The notes under the pieces: model-generated
Seen by the model: the letters and a program-made list of their open reading frames with translations, nothing else
Told to the model about the DNA's origin: nothing
Database searches by the model: none
Origin: Takakia lepidozioides
Lineage: Eukaryota; Plantae; Bryophyta
Direction of reading: 5' to 3'
NCBI GenBank assembly: GCA_030704615.1
Contig: CM060731.1
Coordinates: 5,332,001 to 5,396,000 of the forward strand
DNA length: 64,000 nt
Part shown: one piece after another, positions 30,026 to 43,869 of the stretch
How the letters are laid out: each line of letters begins with the position of its first letter
How positions within the stretch are numbered: position 1 is the first letter of the stretch
Translations under genes and position numbers: made by a program

Positions 30026-31351
30026 TGATCAATGAAAGAGTATTACGACTAGGTAGCATTCCGGCTACAGTCTCAACATGTACGCTACCGGACGCAATTG
30101 AGTTTAAGGACGATGCGAGCCGGCTACTATGCCGGTCATCGAGATGCCAGCTTTCGCTCTGTCACACTCAATCGATACCATTATCCACGAAGGCATACAT
30201 AACGAACTAGAGAACTGGCCGTGTTTGGCCGATTCTGCCTGTAAGCGGCCTTTGGGGTGAGCTATATGATTGAGGTTCGATTATCCCATATCGATTGCCA
30301 AGATTCAGAGCCCCGGGGAGGATATAAAGGGGCGAGCCTCAAGGGAAGGCGGGTGGGTTGATGGCTGATGACATGGGCCTCGGTGGTAGGTCTGCCGTCC
30401 TCTGTGCGTAATCGGCCATCCCTGCCGATTCTGCCCTGGGTGGCCGATTCGGCCTGAGAATTAGGCCGAAAAAGAGGCAGAATCTGCCACACCTGCTTGT
30501 AACGTCATAGTCATCCACATTAGACTATATGATAAGCATCCATGAAGCCAGGAAAAATGTCATAGTCATCCATGAAGCCAGGTAAAATGTCGTAGTCATC
30601 CACACTGTTTTCGGTCCCTTCACAAATAGGTCAGCATAGGTAATGGGCTACGGCGGGTGACACGGCTGCTGAGAGCTAATGAAAATGGGACACGTCGGCA
30701 AGCAGCGTCCTAAACTCAATTACGAAGTGGAAAGCTGGTTGTGATGACTGGAATGTAGAAGAACAACAGTTTAGCCTCTTGCCCTCAATCTCATTAAGGC
30801 AGGGAAGATGATACATAAGTGGTACCACCATCTGGCTGTCTCAATCAGTAGGTGCTGCTAACAAACAGTCTCTACATGGGCCATACAAAACGACATCAAA
30901 GAGGTTAAAGGAAGGAAGGTTAGGATCCAGGTTGCTTCATGGAGGAGCCAAGAAAGAGAGAGCTACCCTTGGAGATAGTTTGGGGGAAAACAGTAGCCAC
31001 AGGCAAGATGCACAACATGTGAACACTTCCTGGATGTGCTTGGTAAGAGAGGCAGAATCTGAGGATGGGAGGGGTGGTCAAAGAGAGAAAAGTTGTGGTG
31101 AAAGCCTTCTACATTGGGTTACTTCTGTCTTGTAGAATTTGCTTTGCCACTTTATATTCCAGCTTAGAATCGATCACCTGTATCAAAACTTCTTTGGTAT
31201 AATGTTCTTCCTTGGTTGAGAATGGTGCAGATGCACTCGAGAAATATAATGTCTACTTTACATGGGCTGGACATTATCCCCACAAAATGGCACCAAAAAC
31301 ATATACATTTGTACAGTTTTGAAGTGTTCGGGATTGTGTTTTTCGCATCTG

Positions 31352-32430
31352 CTATTGTATTGGTGTAAGCAATTTCCTCACAGGATTAACCAAAGACCCT
31401 CTCCTGGTGGTGGTCTCTTGTGCACACTCCTCTGACTGCCCATCACTGGAAGTAGAATCTAACCCAGAGTCAGAATGTAGTTTGGCCAGTGAGACTCCGA
31501 ACTCACGCAAATCTGCTGGGGATGCCAGGGCAGAACCCCCTTGTGCCAGAATGAAAACATTCATCAAGCTCAATCTGCGCTTGCTGCTAGTCTTCTTCGG
31601 GGAGGTGATGAGGTCACTGGCTCTCCTTCTGAAGGCCGCCGAGATTTCTTTGAAATAGTAAAAAACTATTCAACAAGAGATGTCTTGTCGATCCATAGCC
31701 ATCTGGCTGCTCTTCACATTTCAACCAATTGGGGCAAAGCACATCTGGGTCCCAGACTGCGTAGCACCTCTGTAACTTGCGGGGGTGTCAAAGTGGTGTC
31801 CGCAACTTTTGTCACCCTTGGCCAAGCACAGTGGGAACTGGTGACCTTCTCCATTTGCATAGAAAAACAGCCAGATCAAAAACCTGTGGAACACACTGAA
31901 GAGTCCCCACAAGTGAAATCTGTCTCCTACCAAGAACCAAGAATTTGCACCACACCGGCCCCCCCCCACCCAAGAGAAGTGCACCCCAAATAGATTTTCC
32001 ACTACAAAACTTGTGAAATCATAAGGCCAAACATATCTTGATGACCATCGAGTCATCACAAAACTGGCGTTGATCAGATCCTACGTACGTGCGCCTCCTC
32101 ACTTGAGGGTGGATCCAGGTAAACATCCACCTGCTTCAGTTCCTATTCTTCCTCTGAACGTATTGAGCTGACAAAGGTGAAATTAGAACTGAATCGGTGG
32201 CTGTCATGCGCTGAGCAGCAATCACACTCCTCGGCCACGAGCAATGGGGCCTCATAACCCCACTATCAGCCTCCTCCTCCTCCAGGCTTGTCGGCAAATT
32301 GAGTTTGGGTTTTGGAACCTTGCTCTTTCTGGGCCACTCGCAACGTGTGGCAGCCATGGCTGATTCCCTGGAATCTGTCGAAGGCATACCTTGCATGCAA
32401 GTGCTCCGGCGAGGCCAATCACAGCGGGGA
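31352..32430 (-). pseudogene. Decayed ORF of unknown family with repeated CxWPR motif
   Basis: Minus-strand peptides PRCDWPR, TRCEWPR, PHCSWPR and SHCAWPR separated by S/P/E-rich linkers; interrupted by stops and frameshifts. Confidence 0.4.
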
Positions 32431-32766
32431 GCTGGCGGTGCCTCTTATGTGGCCGCAGGACTCGACACAAGAGGACGACCTTTCCTTTGAAGGCGTTATT
32501 CAGCTGCGAATTCTTTTGCAGAGACCTGGACATTCATAAGTTTATGGTTTCACTCTGAATGAAAGTTGCCATAGGCGGGCAATTACATCACACTTCATAA
32601 AATGCTATTCCAACCCTGGTAAAAATAGCTCTCCAGTGCAAATAAATAGAGGGGCACGAGGAGATGGCATCAACAGGAGTGAGCAATAGACGGCCACAGA
32701 CAACTGACAAAACATGAAAAGATAGCAAATCAGCTGGGTGAGTGAGAATCTGAGAAAGTGTGATAC

Positions 32767-33055
32767 CTGCTGAAGGGCATACTCCACAATTGGCTTGCCC
32801 ACTCCGAAAACCTTAATAGTAGGAAACCCTTTTATAGAATACTCCTGTGAAACAATTTCTGGGCAGCTCACACACTGTGGTAGCTTCGAAACAAATTAGG
32901 TGTAGACAGATACGTACCTTGGACTTGAAATTGGACGAGGTCAGAATCGTGACATCAGATGATGGCCCATAAAGAGCCGACACCGACCTTCCTCCTTGCA
33001 CGATTGCAAGAGCCATCACCAACAACCGCAGCCAGAAACCCCCCGAGCGCTCCAT
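32767..33055 (-). pseudogene. Protein disulfide isomerase (PDIA6/PDIL2-type) fragment
   Basis: Signal peptide plus ALYGPSSDVTILTSSNFKSKV (GT donor), then QEYSIKGFPTIKVFGVGKPIVEYALQQ. The WCGHC active-site segment and the rest of the gene are missing. Confidence 0.8.
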
Positions 33056-34409
33056 TCCACTGACCTAATGTTCTCCGATTGAAACTACAATGCAGCACAC
33101 GCTTGCAAATACACCCACTACAAAATCTTCACAAAAATCTAAGGCAAACGGCGAGATCATACACCATCCACCGCAGAGAAAAGATCCTTCAAAGTGGAAA
33201 GTACTTTGAAGGAAGAGAGCACTGGAGTTTGACAGAAGGAAAGCAGAATATACCCACTAGCACGATGGGAGACCTGGGTAGCTGCTTCATTCTCCAAAGA
33301 AGCTTTCCTAATATATGTATTCAGAAGCAGGGAGTGTGACATAGTTGTGTCTCTTTCTTTTTCAACTTACTAGAGGAAGCTCTAATGGCAGGGTGGTCGA
33401 TGCTCTTTTGTCAAAAGACGTGGGTTCACCATCTCCCAGCTTGGTTAACTTACTATAACGAGGTAGGCAACCTATTGCGTCCTGGGAAGGCCAGTCGGGT
33501 AATCCTGAATCCCATCTCTCCAACACAGGAGAGACAAACCCAGGTAGATCACAAAATTCTAGTGGATTTGGGTAGTTCGGGCAGTTGATGAACTGTCATC
33601 ATTGTGGAACTAAATGCAGATGCCCAGATCAGTGCTGACTGTGCTAGTGTTTGTTCTTAATGTTTCTGAAGAGGGTCACTCTCTGTTGAGAAATCCCTGG
33701 ACAATTTATCAGAAAATGGATATTGTGGTTAGGCTGCTCACATAGTAATACGACAAGAGAGAAAGAAAGAAAGGACTCTGCAAAAAACGAGATTGAGAGC
33801 AATCAAACAATTAGGCCTGAAGTACCTGACAAAGACAATGGCTCGTGCTCTGCCAGAGAGCGAAGAAGCCCAATGTACAGCATGACCACCTAGACAGAGC
33901 TTGTGTGGAAACTGCACATTACTGGCCAGCTCTATTCTGCCAACTAAATACACCACATAAATGCAGGGGCCCCAGAAAGTTTAAGGACCTTATTTTTCTA
34001 AGCTCTTAAACATTTGATGTGCACAAATGAAACAACTAAATAGGCTCCCAGAGATTGCGAAATAGAGTGATTGAAAAGGAACTTGGAAAGAATCAAGGAG
34101 TACCCAAGCTGTATCTTGTCAATTCACTGCATGCCTACAGAGTTTATTTTCTAGCCCAAAATAACCACCTTCTTTAACATTACACTTGGGCCCGCATGCA
34201 CTCAAGCTGGATGAATGTATATGGGAGAAGTAGGTAGTCTAGCAAACCAGGATAACCACCTTAGATGTGCTGGTACAGTATCTTTTGAGTAGGTGTACAT
34301 GAGAATTCAATATTGCTTAACAATTTTAGTTGTCCCCTTAATCAAAACACTACAGTGAAACTGCATGGCCCAAGACCAGTGGCTACCACATACAACCAAG
34401 TGCCCATAT

Positions 34410-37400
34410 TACCGAAGTGGAACAGGCAGATTAGGCACTTTAGTGCCTAATAATTATTAAATCTGGAATATTCTCTTTAGGCACTTTCAAAAAGAATTTG
34501 TATAGATTAGGCACATGTCATCCATGATTTCTCATGTTTAGGCACCTTTCATCACTTGGAACTCTCTCCTTTCATCCCCTCCATCTTCTTTCCCAAGACA
34601 AACCCTAGGACAATTTCAGTGTGAGGCTATGAGAGCCGATTTTACATAGGCTTTGTTTACAGCCACAAATTCTCAAGTGGAAGTGGAAGGGATTCCTAGT
34701 TGCTCAGAGATACGAGACTTCTATCTTGATGTTGAGGTGGTGGAGAGCATGAGTCGCCTTGGAAAATTGCACATGGAATACTCAAATATACCTAACTTGA
34801 ATGGTGATCAAGAATTCAATGATGAACATTGCCAAGTAATAGAGAAGGCCCGGGAGTTGAATGCGTGGACCCCCCGCCACCCCACGCCCACCCCTGCCTC
34901 CATCGCCCGCATACCACGCGGCACGCCCTCTCGTGCCTCATGTTCCCACTGCCAGGACATGAGACGTGCCCTCTCCCGCATCCCCATCCCTCCTCCCATC
35001 CTGCCCTCATGCATTGCATCGCCCTCCATCCCCCCTGCATGCCTTCATCCTCCCCATGCTACATGGTATCCCAAGCATACATCATGCCCTCTTTCAAAAA
35101 TCATTCTGACATCTATTCAAATTTCAAATGGCAAATCTGAAGAAAGAATGGACGTTGGGATATATGCCACGTCGTCACATACACTGCCACCCCAATCCAG
35201 GGTTTTCCTACCCTCATCGTGCATTTCCTTCTATCCATGCCTTCCAAACGTGTCCCCACCCTGGCACTCTGCGTTCACCTTCCATATTGAATTGTGTTTG
35301 TATGTTGCCCATATGTTGCATACCATTGTAAGTTGCAATCGTGTGGATGTCTGGCCCACCTGAAGAAGTTTGTCCTTGCATATGGTACAATTTGTTGTCT
35401 GATGCATGAATTTCCATTGCAGCTATACATGCCCACATCTGCGAGCAGAACAAAAGAGTAGGAGGTTTGTGTGAGGATAGGGCAGGGAAAGATACGAGCA
35501 AACTCAGAAGGAGTTTGCTGAAAAAATCCCTAAGTGAGATGTGATCTCTTGGAATGCCATGATCCCAGGATTAGCTTGGCACGGGCAAAGTGAAAAGGCT
35601 TTTCGTTACTTCCAAAGTATGCAACAAGAAGGCTTGAAGCCCAACAAGGTCACCTTCATGAGCATCCTCAATGCATGTGCTAGCCCTGCGGCTGTGGGTC
35701 TCTTCATGGGTCATGAGAATAACTTTTCATATGTTCCTTGAGAGTGGTTTGCTCCTGTGTACTTGTCACTTTCATATTGACAATCTTCTAACAGTTGGCC
35801 ACAGATGATTTGTACCCTTCTGGACGCTGTGAACTTTTTTGTGATCTCCAGGAGCCCTTTGCAGGTCTGGGAGTCAGAGCCGTATATGGCCACACACACA
35901 GGGGATTTGCGCACTCAGTCTGGACTGGGGCCAGAATACTTTGTAATCGCTGTGGTGGGAATCCCTTTCCTCTATCGCAGCTTGTGGAGAGAGCATGCGG
36001 TTATGGTGCGTGCATTTGCGGAGCGATGGCAGTGAATGAAGGTGCAATGGGCGACAAATTGAGTCGCTTGCCCCCTGTGTTTGTGGTTGGCCATGACAAC
36101 TCCTCCAACAATTATGTTGTTGCTTTGCAGGTAATTGGAGAGGGAGATAGAAAGAGGAATGATGTTCACTAGAATTTTGTGTCTTATCCTTATCTGGTCA
36201 CTAGCGAGCGTGAAAATTTTTGTGGCTATTAGAAACACCACAGTCCAAAAGTGCCACATTCCCTGCATAACACTTCACAGGTTTGTTTAAAGACTGCCAT
36301 GTTCCTTCTCCCGGCTATTTGTTCAACTGAAGTTTGACAGAAGTAACATTTACCTTGACTGCAGGCAATGGCACAACATCTGGGGCTGGCAAATGGGACA
36401 GTGCCTTGATATGTGGGCCTTGACAGGGATGTGACTGGCCTCCTCTGGATGTCGGTTATATTATGGCTGCTGTTTATGCCTGCTTTTGAGATGAGCAAGC
36501 ATTTCCCACCTGTGCTTACCAAGGCTATGAGCCTGGTACCCCAGTCTGAAATGGATTCAAGCCAAATGTCTGTCTACAAAACACCCTCATCAAACATGTA
36601 TGCCAATTGTGGGAGTGTGGTGGATGCACACGAAGTGTTTGAGAGAATTTATGAACGAGATATGGTTAATTACCTGGAGTATGAGAATGGTATGATATGC
36701 CAAACATCAGTGTGGTAAAGAAGAATTTGAGATCTATAAGCATAAGCAAAATGTGATTCCTTTCAACGCAATGATTGCAGAATATGCCCAACATGGATTT
36801 GGTAGGGATGCTTTCCAGATCTATGAGCAAATGCAATGGGAAGGGGTATTGCCCAACAGGGCCACATTTGTTTGTGTTCTGAATGTGTGTGCTGGCCTAA
36901 GAGCAGTGGAAAAGGACAAAGAAGTCCATGTTGACATTATCAAAGCTGGAACTGTCCCAGATATCATTTTGGATACTGCCCTTGTTGACACGTCTGCCAA
37001 ATGTGGGAGCATAGAGAATGCACATGAGTATGCACGGGAAGCTTTCCATGTGTATGGAAAATGCAAGAGGAAGGGGTGGCGCCTAGTAGGGTCACTTTCA
37101 TTGTGTTCTCAATGCATGTTAGGAGCCATGAAAAGATTGCAAATTGGTCCATGTTGGCCTCATCGAAAATGCAAACCTGTTAGATATCGTTTTGGAAACT
37201 GCCCTTGCTGACATGTATGCAAAATGCAGAAGCTTGAAGGAAGCACACCAAGTTTCAACAATGTGGCTCAACGAGATTTGATCTCATGGAATGCTACGAT
37301 TGCAGGATATGGATAGCACGGATGGTGTGAGGAAGCCCTCCAACAATGTGAACAAATGCAATAGGAAGGCTTGAAGCCGGATGCACATTTATATCTCTTC

Positions 37401-40400
37401 TCTCTTAATGTAGTCATGCAGGATTAGTGACAGAAGGCCGTCACTACTTTGATTCTAAGAGTCAAGATCATGGCCAAATTCCTACATTAGAGCATTTTGG
37501 CTGCATGGTGGACTTCTTGGTCGTGCAAGACGATCAGATGAGGTTGAGGACTCCATTAACAAAATGCCAATCGAACCAAGTGCTTCGCTGTGGGGGGCCA
37601 CACTTGGTGCTTGCAGAATTCATGGTAATGTGGTGCTAGCACAATGTGCGACTGGTAGGTGGGAGGAAAAAACAATTGTGAGAAAAATGATGGAGGAGAA
37701 AGGTGTCAAAAAAGAGCAAGGGCGCAGCTGCATCGAGGTCAACAACATTGTAGAAGACAATGTGCATCTGCAAATTCAGGGGATCCATGCAGAGTTGACA
37801 AGCGGGTCCATGCCGAAATCAAGATAGTTGGATTTGAGTCAGATCTTCGAGTAAGCAACGGCGGTCTTGTCAGCATGCATTGCAAATGCAGGAGTATAGT
37901 GAATGCGCACCAAGTTTTTGACAATATGCATACACGAAATGTGATTTCATGGATTGCGATGATTGCAGGACTAGATGAGTAAGGGCATAGCGGAGATGCA
38001 ATTGAATACTTTCAGCAAATGCAACAGACACGCGTGAAGCCTAATAAGGTCACCTTTATGAGCATCCTCAAAGCATGTGGCAGCCCAGCAGCTCTGGAAC
38101 AGGGCAAGCATTTCCATGCGAGCATCATCAAGGCTAGATTTGAGTCAGATCTCCTTATGGGCACTGCCCTGGTCAGCATGTTGGGTGCAAGCCAAGTGTT
38201 TGACAAAATGCCCAGGGCCGCGAGATGTGATCTAATGGAATGTGATGATTGCAGGATTAGTTCAGCAAGGGCAATTCCAAAAGGCAACTGAATTCTGGCA
38301 GCGAACGCAACAAGAAGGCTTGAAGCCAAATGAGATCACCTATTTGAGCATCCTCAATTCATGTGCCAGCCCCTTAGCCCTGGAACAGGGCAAGTGGCTT
38401 CATGCGAACATAGTTGAGGCTGGACTCGAATCGGTTGGCCAGGTGGCCAATGCCCTTGTCAACATATATTGCTAGTGCAGGGGTTTTGTGAATGCATGCC
38501 AAATGTTTGACAAAATGCCCGAACGAGATGTGTTCTCATGGAATGTGATCATTTTAGGGTCATCTTAGCAAGGACGTGGTGCGCAAGCATTTGATTACTA
38601 TTGCAGGCAAATGCAACGAGAAGGTGTAAGCTTGACCATATCACTTTCATTAGTATCCTTAGCGCATGCTCCAAGTTAGCAGCCTTGCATGAAGGGAGGA
38701 AGGTCCATGACCATGTGGTGATCAATTCTGGATTTGAGTCAGATGTCTTAGTGGGTACTGCTCTTATTGCCATGTATGCCAAGTGCGGGAGTCTGGGGGA
38801 TGCAAGATATCATGCTTGTGTTCATGATATGCATACTATGTGCTTGTCACTACGTGAGAGAGCCACTTATGGAATTCCATCCTCGTAAAGATGTGAAGAT
38901 GCCTAAGAACAATATATGGGGGGCTGTTCATGGCTTGGACTAGCATGCAACAGTCTCATGGACTGCTGCTCTAGGGCCTGCGATTGTCTCCTGATGAAAT
39001 CATGGAATGGATGCTTGCATGATTGCTTTTACATGCAAGTTGGAGAGCCACTGCAACTTTGGGATGAATGAACCGTACATAATGTATATTGGGAATGAAT
39101 GAAGATTAGAAGTTATCATACTATGAATGAAAACACATACAGAATGTATGAGTGCATATGTGCATATAGTGCCTGTACACTCATGTTGACTTATGAGTGT
39201 CGTCTGCATTTCCAAGATGAGTTGTCTGATAAAGTTGAAATATTGTTCTTTGCATCCCATGTTGCATTTGCTGTTTGTTTTATAGGTTCATTGAAAGAAC
39301 TTGTTGGAAATGATAAGTGTCATGTAGAGCAATGCCCAGCCCGGAATCGGTTTTGATACGAAATCCAGGGTTCTATTCTCTTCATAGCCATGGAATTGGA
39401 CAGCCTGAATCTTGTCCCCTATCACTTGGAAGCTCTACACCACATTGCTGTCAATCATGTGCAATAACTAGGGATGAGTATATGTATATGAGAGCTCAAG
39501 TACTCTGTAAATTCATTTCTCTCTTCAGAATCCACCTTGCTTGTTTCTGCTGTCGCATATCACAGATGTTCCATTGTACTAGAGACTATGGTTTGCGGGT
39601 GAGGCAATGGATGTTGGATTAGCTATGGAAATGTTGTTGGACAAAAATCTATTGAACAGATAGGCCAAGAGAACTATTTGTGTGCATTATGTAGATATCC
39701 CCTTTTGAAGTCTCAAACACTTTCATTGCAACCAGAGAAGCACGGGAGGGGTCATGACCCACAAACAGAGGAAGAGTATTGGGGACATCCAAGCAGCAAA
39801 CATCACAACTCTTCTGCCAATGGCAACCATGTTGTTGGCCAGCAGTGGCATCAACCCTCATCAGGCCGAGATCCCCTCCATGAAATTCCTCTGCAAAATT
39901 CACGACTTCCTGTCTCACATGAGATAGTTGCAGGAAACATGGGGAAATATGTGGCAAGATTCCAAAGAGAATGCAGTAGCAAACATTGGTGGGAATGGGT
40001 CATGGATGACCACCATGCCAACAGCCAATATCTTCAAGCAGTTTCAGGAAGCTACCCTACAGGTAAATCTCATCCCATTTTGGAACCCCAAATGAGGACC
40101 AAACCTACAACCAACACACATGTGATTGAAACCATCTGGCCCAACCTTGGGCTGGTTTGTTACTGGGTTTGAAGGGTCCAAGCATTGGCTTGATGAAAAA
40201 GATTGTGCTTTGACCTCTTGTTGCCACTCACGTTCTGGGCATGAGGCAAGTCACCATGCACTATCACTGCTGGTTCCAAACGCCACCAACGATGGCTCAA
40301 AGAGTTCAAAATGAGTTGGTATCTATAACATGGATTTATATTAGTTGGCAGGGAAATTGCTGTGATACATAAATCAGTTACCTCATGCGTTGGTCTGTAA

Positions 40401-42391
40401 GGCTTACTAGTCCCTCGGTCCCTGGTGACCATGGGGCTTGACCTGGAATTACATCAGCAATGCCATCACCAAATTTTCTTGCAATGACCTCCATGGGTTG
40501 GCTGCCAAAGAGCAGGCACCTTTGGAGGATTGTGAGAGACAATGGATGACCATATGTGCCTAATCAATGAGATGGAGTTCAGAGGAACACATTATGGAAA
40601 TGGTGCATATGGAGACACAAATCAATTGTACATTTAATTAAGAATGGGAGTGCACATAGTTTGTATGAACAGATCATTTGTTGTCTCTGGGGTTGTGTCT
40701 TTTTTTTGCCAGTGATTCATAGGAAGTTGAAGCAAGTGGCTAATATCTTCTGGCAACTTTTTTAAAATGCAGCCAATTTTTCAGCTTCACATGTTTGAAT
40801 TATCTTCTGTAACAGAGTTTAACAGAGTTTTTCAACTTTGACGCACCAGGTTCATGGACCCTTGCCTTGGTGTAGGCCTCGCATATGATGGACTCGTATT
40901 CATCGGTATCATATTTCTTGCGGTATTCCCTCCGGTTCTCTATCATTTTGCTCTCATTCATCGTGATAGTTGCGTCTGCCAGCACTTGTAGTGCGCGAAA
41001 ACCTACACAGCCAATGCCTAGCATAAATCCTCAGCAAGGTATAAATGATGCGAACTATAATTGCCTGCATAGCTGCAAACTGAACCCAACCCTAAACCTC
41101 TGACAATGGTGTGCATGTCATTTATCCTAAAACCTAAACCCCAAAACATCATGAATGGACTGCAGATAATATGAAATATGTCAATATGGAGAGTGATCAT
41201 GGACCAAAGTAGTGACCTAAGTTGTCCTGGAAGGAAAAAAAAACTATAGAACATATGTGCCATTGAATTATGGAAAGCGATGCCCGAGGTCACCTTAAAT
41301 TCTTGTAATACAACATCAAAAATTGCAAAGTCGGCAGCTTTATGCCTTACGAGTCTCCCAGGTCCCGAAAGTATCAGCAAAGTAACAAACTCTTCACCTC
41401 AGCTCCATGTAAAAGGTTGCATGAAGTGCCCAAAACTAGCAAAACAGACCCACTTTTGCACTTTGCTAACTACTGTAGTGAGACAAGGAGACCTGAGTCA
41501 CATTATGCAGATTTGTGAACCTATGCATTCAATATATGTGAAAGAACCAACAAAGAACGATTGGGTTCGGATGCTCATTGCAAAACTCACTCACCCGCAA
41601 AAGAAAACCTGGAGGAAGAGCAGAATGAAAATCCGGAGACGACAAATGACAAGTCGATCGTTTTGGAGCGATAATAAGGACCTGCATGCAAGAAAGTTTG
41701 GAGCGCAAGCGTTGCAACCTCTGAACACGGCGACCACATCCTGCATCGTAGCAGGGTTGCCCACTGCTATTGTTGTCCACAAAATTGACGTGCATGACGG
41801 GACACGGTACGCCAACACCAACAATAGCAACGAAAACGAGAGCTGGTACATGTATTCTCCACCTACCCTCATCATTTTACATGCAATGGCATGCATGGGG
41901 AGGATGAAGGCATGCAGGGGGGATGGAGGGCGATGCCATGCATGAGGGCAGGATGGGAGGAGGGATGGGGATGCGGGAGAGGGCACATCTCATGTCCTGG
42001 CAGCGGGAACATGAGGCACGGGAGGGCGTGCTGCGCGGTATGCGGGCGATGGAGGCGGGGGTGGGCGTGGGGTGGCGGGGGGTCCACGCTGGCTGAACCG
42101 GGCCCCTCCCATTCAACTCCCGGGCCTTATCTATGAACATCTATAGGATGTCCGAGACTCATTGGAAGGTCCTATGCAGGTTGTATGATTGGCCTATATT
42201 TTTTGAATTTTTATGGAGAATTATTTTTTGCTTTCAATAGAAATTATATAGAGTTTAGAGAATTTTATTGAATTAGGCACTTTCATGTTATTTTTCCAGC
42301 CTTTTAGGCATAAATATTGAAAAATCACAGATTTGCTTAGGCATTTTTTTTTAAATTTAATTTGTGCCTAATCTGCCGTTCCACTATGGTA
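34410..42391. mobile_element. Block bounded by inverted copies of a DNA-transposon-like terminus
   Basis: TACCGAAGTGGAACAGGCAGATTAGGCAC (34410) versus the reverse complement of GTGCCTAATCTGCCGTTCCACTATGGTA (ends 42391). A C-rich block of about 215 bp at 34845-35060 is the inverted copy of 41890-42128. Confidence 0.6.
35500..38810 (+). pseudogene. PLS-class PPR pseudogene fragments, including an E/E+ domain
   Basis: SWNAMIPGLA...GLKPNKVTFMSILNAC, ALVDTSAKCGSIENA, EHFGCMVD, MPIEPSASLWGATLGACRIHGN...MEEKGVKKEQGRSCIEV, then further P/L/S motifs to ALIAMYAKCGSLGDA. Many stops and frameshifts. Confidence 0.9.
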
Positions 42392-42859
42392 GACCAAAAT
42401 GTTGTGTGGTATTCAGACTGACATACTTACAAATCTCGGAGACTTCCTTTGGAATATACCGGCGCCATGGCATCCATTTCTTCACAACTCGTTACAATTT
42501 GCTTTACCTCTTTCTAACATGCATTTTACCCCCTGCCAAAGAGGTTGGGTAGCGCGTGAGCACGCTCACGCCGCTGTGCGCGTGCTCGCGTGAGCAGAAG
42601 ATAAAATGCCTGAAAATTCAAGAATATTCCTGAAAAGATACTGCGACGAAACTAAAATTGGAATTTGTGCTCACGGGGACCAAATTGTCCGCATGTAAGC
42701 AGACTTGTGCTCACCTGAGCACAAGCCACACGGAGATGTGTTAGTCACCCTATTTCCCGTGGGTTGGTCACCTTATCACCAAACACAATACATATTGTTT
42801 CGCCCACAAAACCATGGGATAATGACCTACGCAGCGATGCCTGGAAATTTTGCCGGCGA

Positions 42860-42930
42860 AACCCACTATTTCACTGGAAAAATCCATTATTGCGCTGGCA
42901 AAATCCACTATTTCGCTGGAGAAACCCAAT
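42860..42930. repeat. 21-bp minisatellite, about 3.5 copies
   Basis: AAxCCAcTATTtCgCTGGxxA repeated. Confidence 0.7.
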
Positions 42931-42990
42931 ACCTTGATTTATTTCGTTAACGAAACCCGTTGTTTGCCTCATTATATTAAATTGTTCAAT

Positions 42991-43410
42991 CACTAGTACA
43001 GATTTTCGTTTTTATGACTGCAAATATCACTATATTTGCAGTGATAAGTGTGCAGTGACAACACGAAGTTAGTTCTACCATCACTGCAGAGTGATAAGTA
43101 CGAAGTGATGGTCGTCACTGCAGACATGACACTTGCCAACAACTCAGAGTGACGTGGAGTGTAGTGTTGTAGTCATAAGTATACGACTACAAGACTACGT
43201 GTCATGACTTACGACTACGTCACTACAGAGGAGCGCCAACATGGAGAGGTCTCTCCATGATACACATGACCCCCTGGATGTATATGACTACACGACTGTA
43301 CCTTATGACTACACTTATGACTATATCACTACTCACTCCATCACTGAGGGTAGCATGTGGCATATTTCATGACTACAAATATGACTCCATCACTATAGGT
43401 TTGTACTGGT
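42991..43410. mobile_element. Putative small non-autonomous CACTA-like element
   Basis: Starts CACTAGTACAGA and ends in degenerate TTTGTACTGGTT. Dense TGACTAC/TCACTAC/GTAGTCA subterminal-type repeats in both orientations; no clear TSD. Confidence 0.45.
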
Positions 43411-43869
43411 TCTGGTAGGTCAGCTAACACGTGTCCTTATTCGATTAGTTTATAAAACCATTAATGTTATTTTACTTATTAATTTCATGTAAATTTTATT
43501 TATCGTTTTGATATTCAGATATGTTTCAATATACAACAATATATTTAATTGAATGAAAGAATTTCACACAAATACACAGATTGTCTTTGGAATATCGATC
43601 ATACAGCAAAAACCAAATGGGAAAAATGTTCACAATGGATGCCACAAAGGCTCTACAATGAGCATTCAAGAAGCCTGAAAGGCCACATGGATAAATAACC
43701 AAGCCTCAAAGGCTACAAGTCCCAAAACCCAAGCCCACACAGGGGCAACACTCCACTAGTACTCCTACAATTGAAGAGCTCTATTTACAAATCACCACTG
43801 TGGCATATTTTCAACTACATTGCATCACATAGTCCCACCATTGACTGGGATCAGAAAAGTAATCATTCC

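Noticed and set aside
34653-35363. 236-aa Pro-rich ORF and its inverted counterpart near 41870-42140
   Set aside because: The C-rich repeat arm is open in several frames; no coding signature.
39649-41945. Several 100-220 aa ORFs inside the inverted-repeat block
   Set aside because: No transposase or other recognisable motif; left unassigned.
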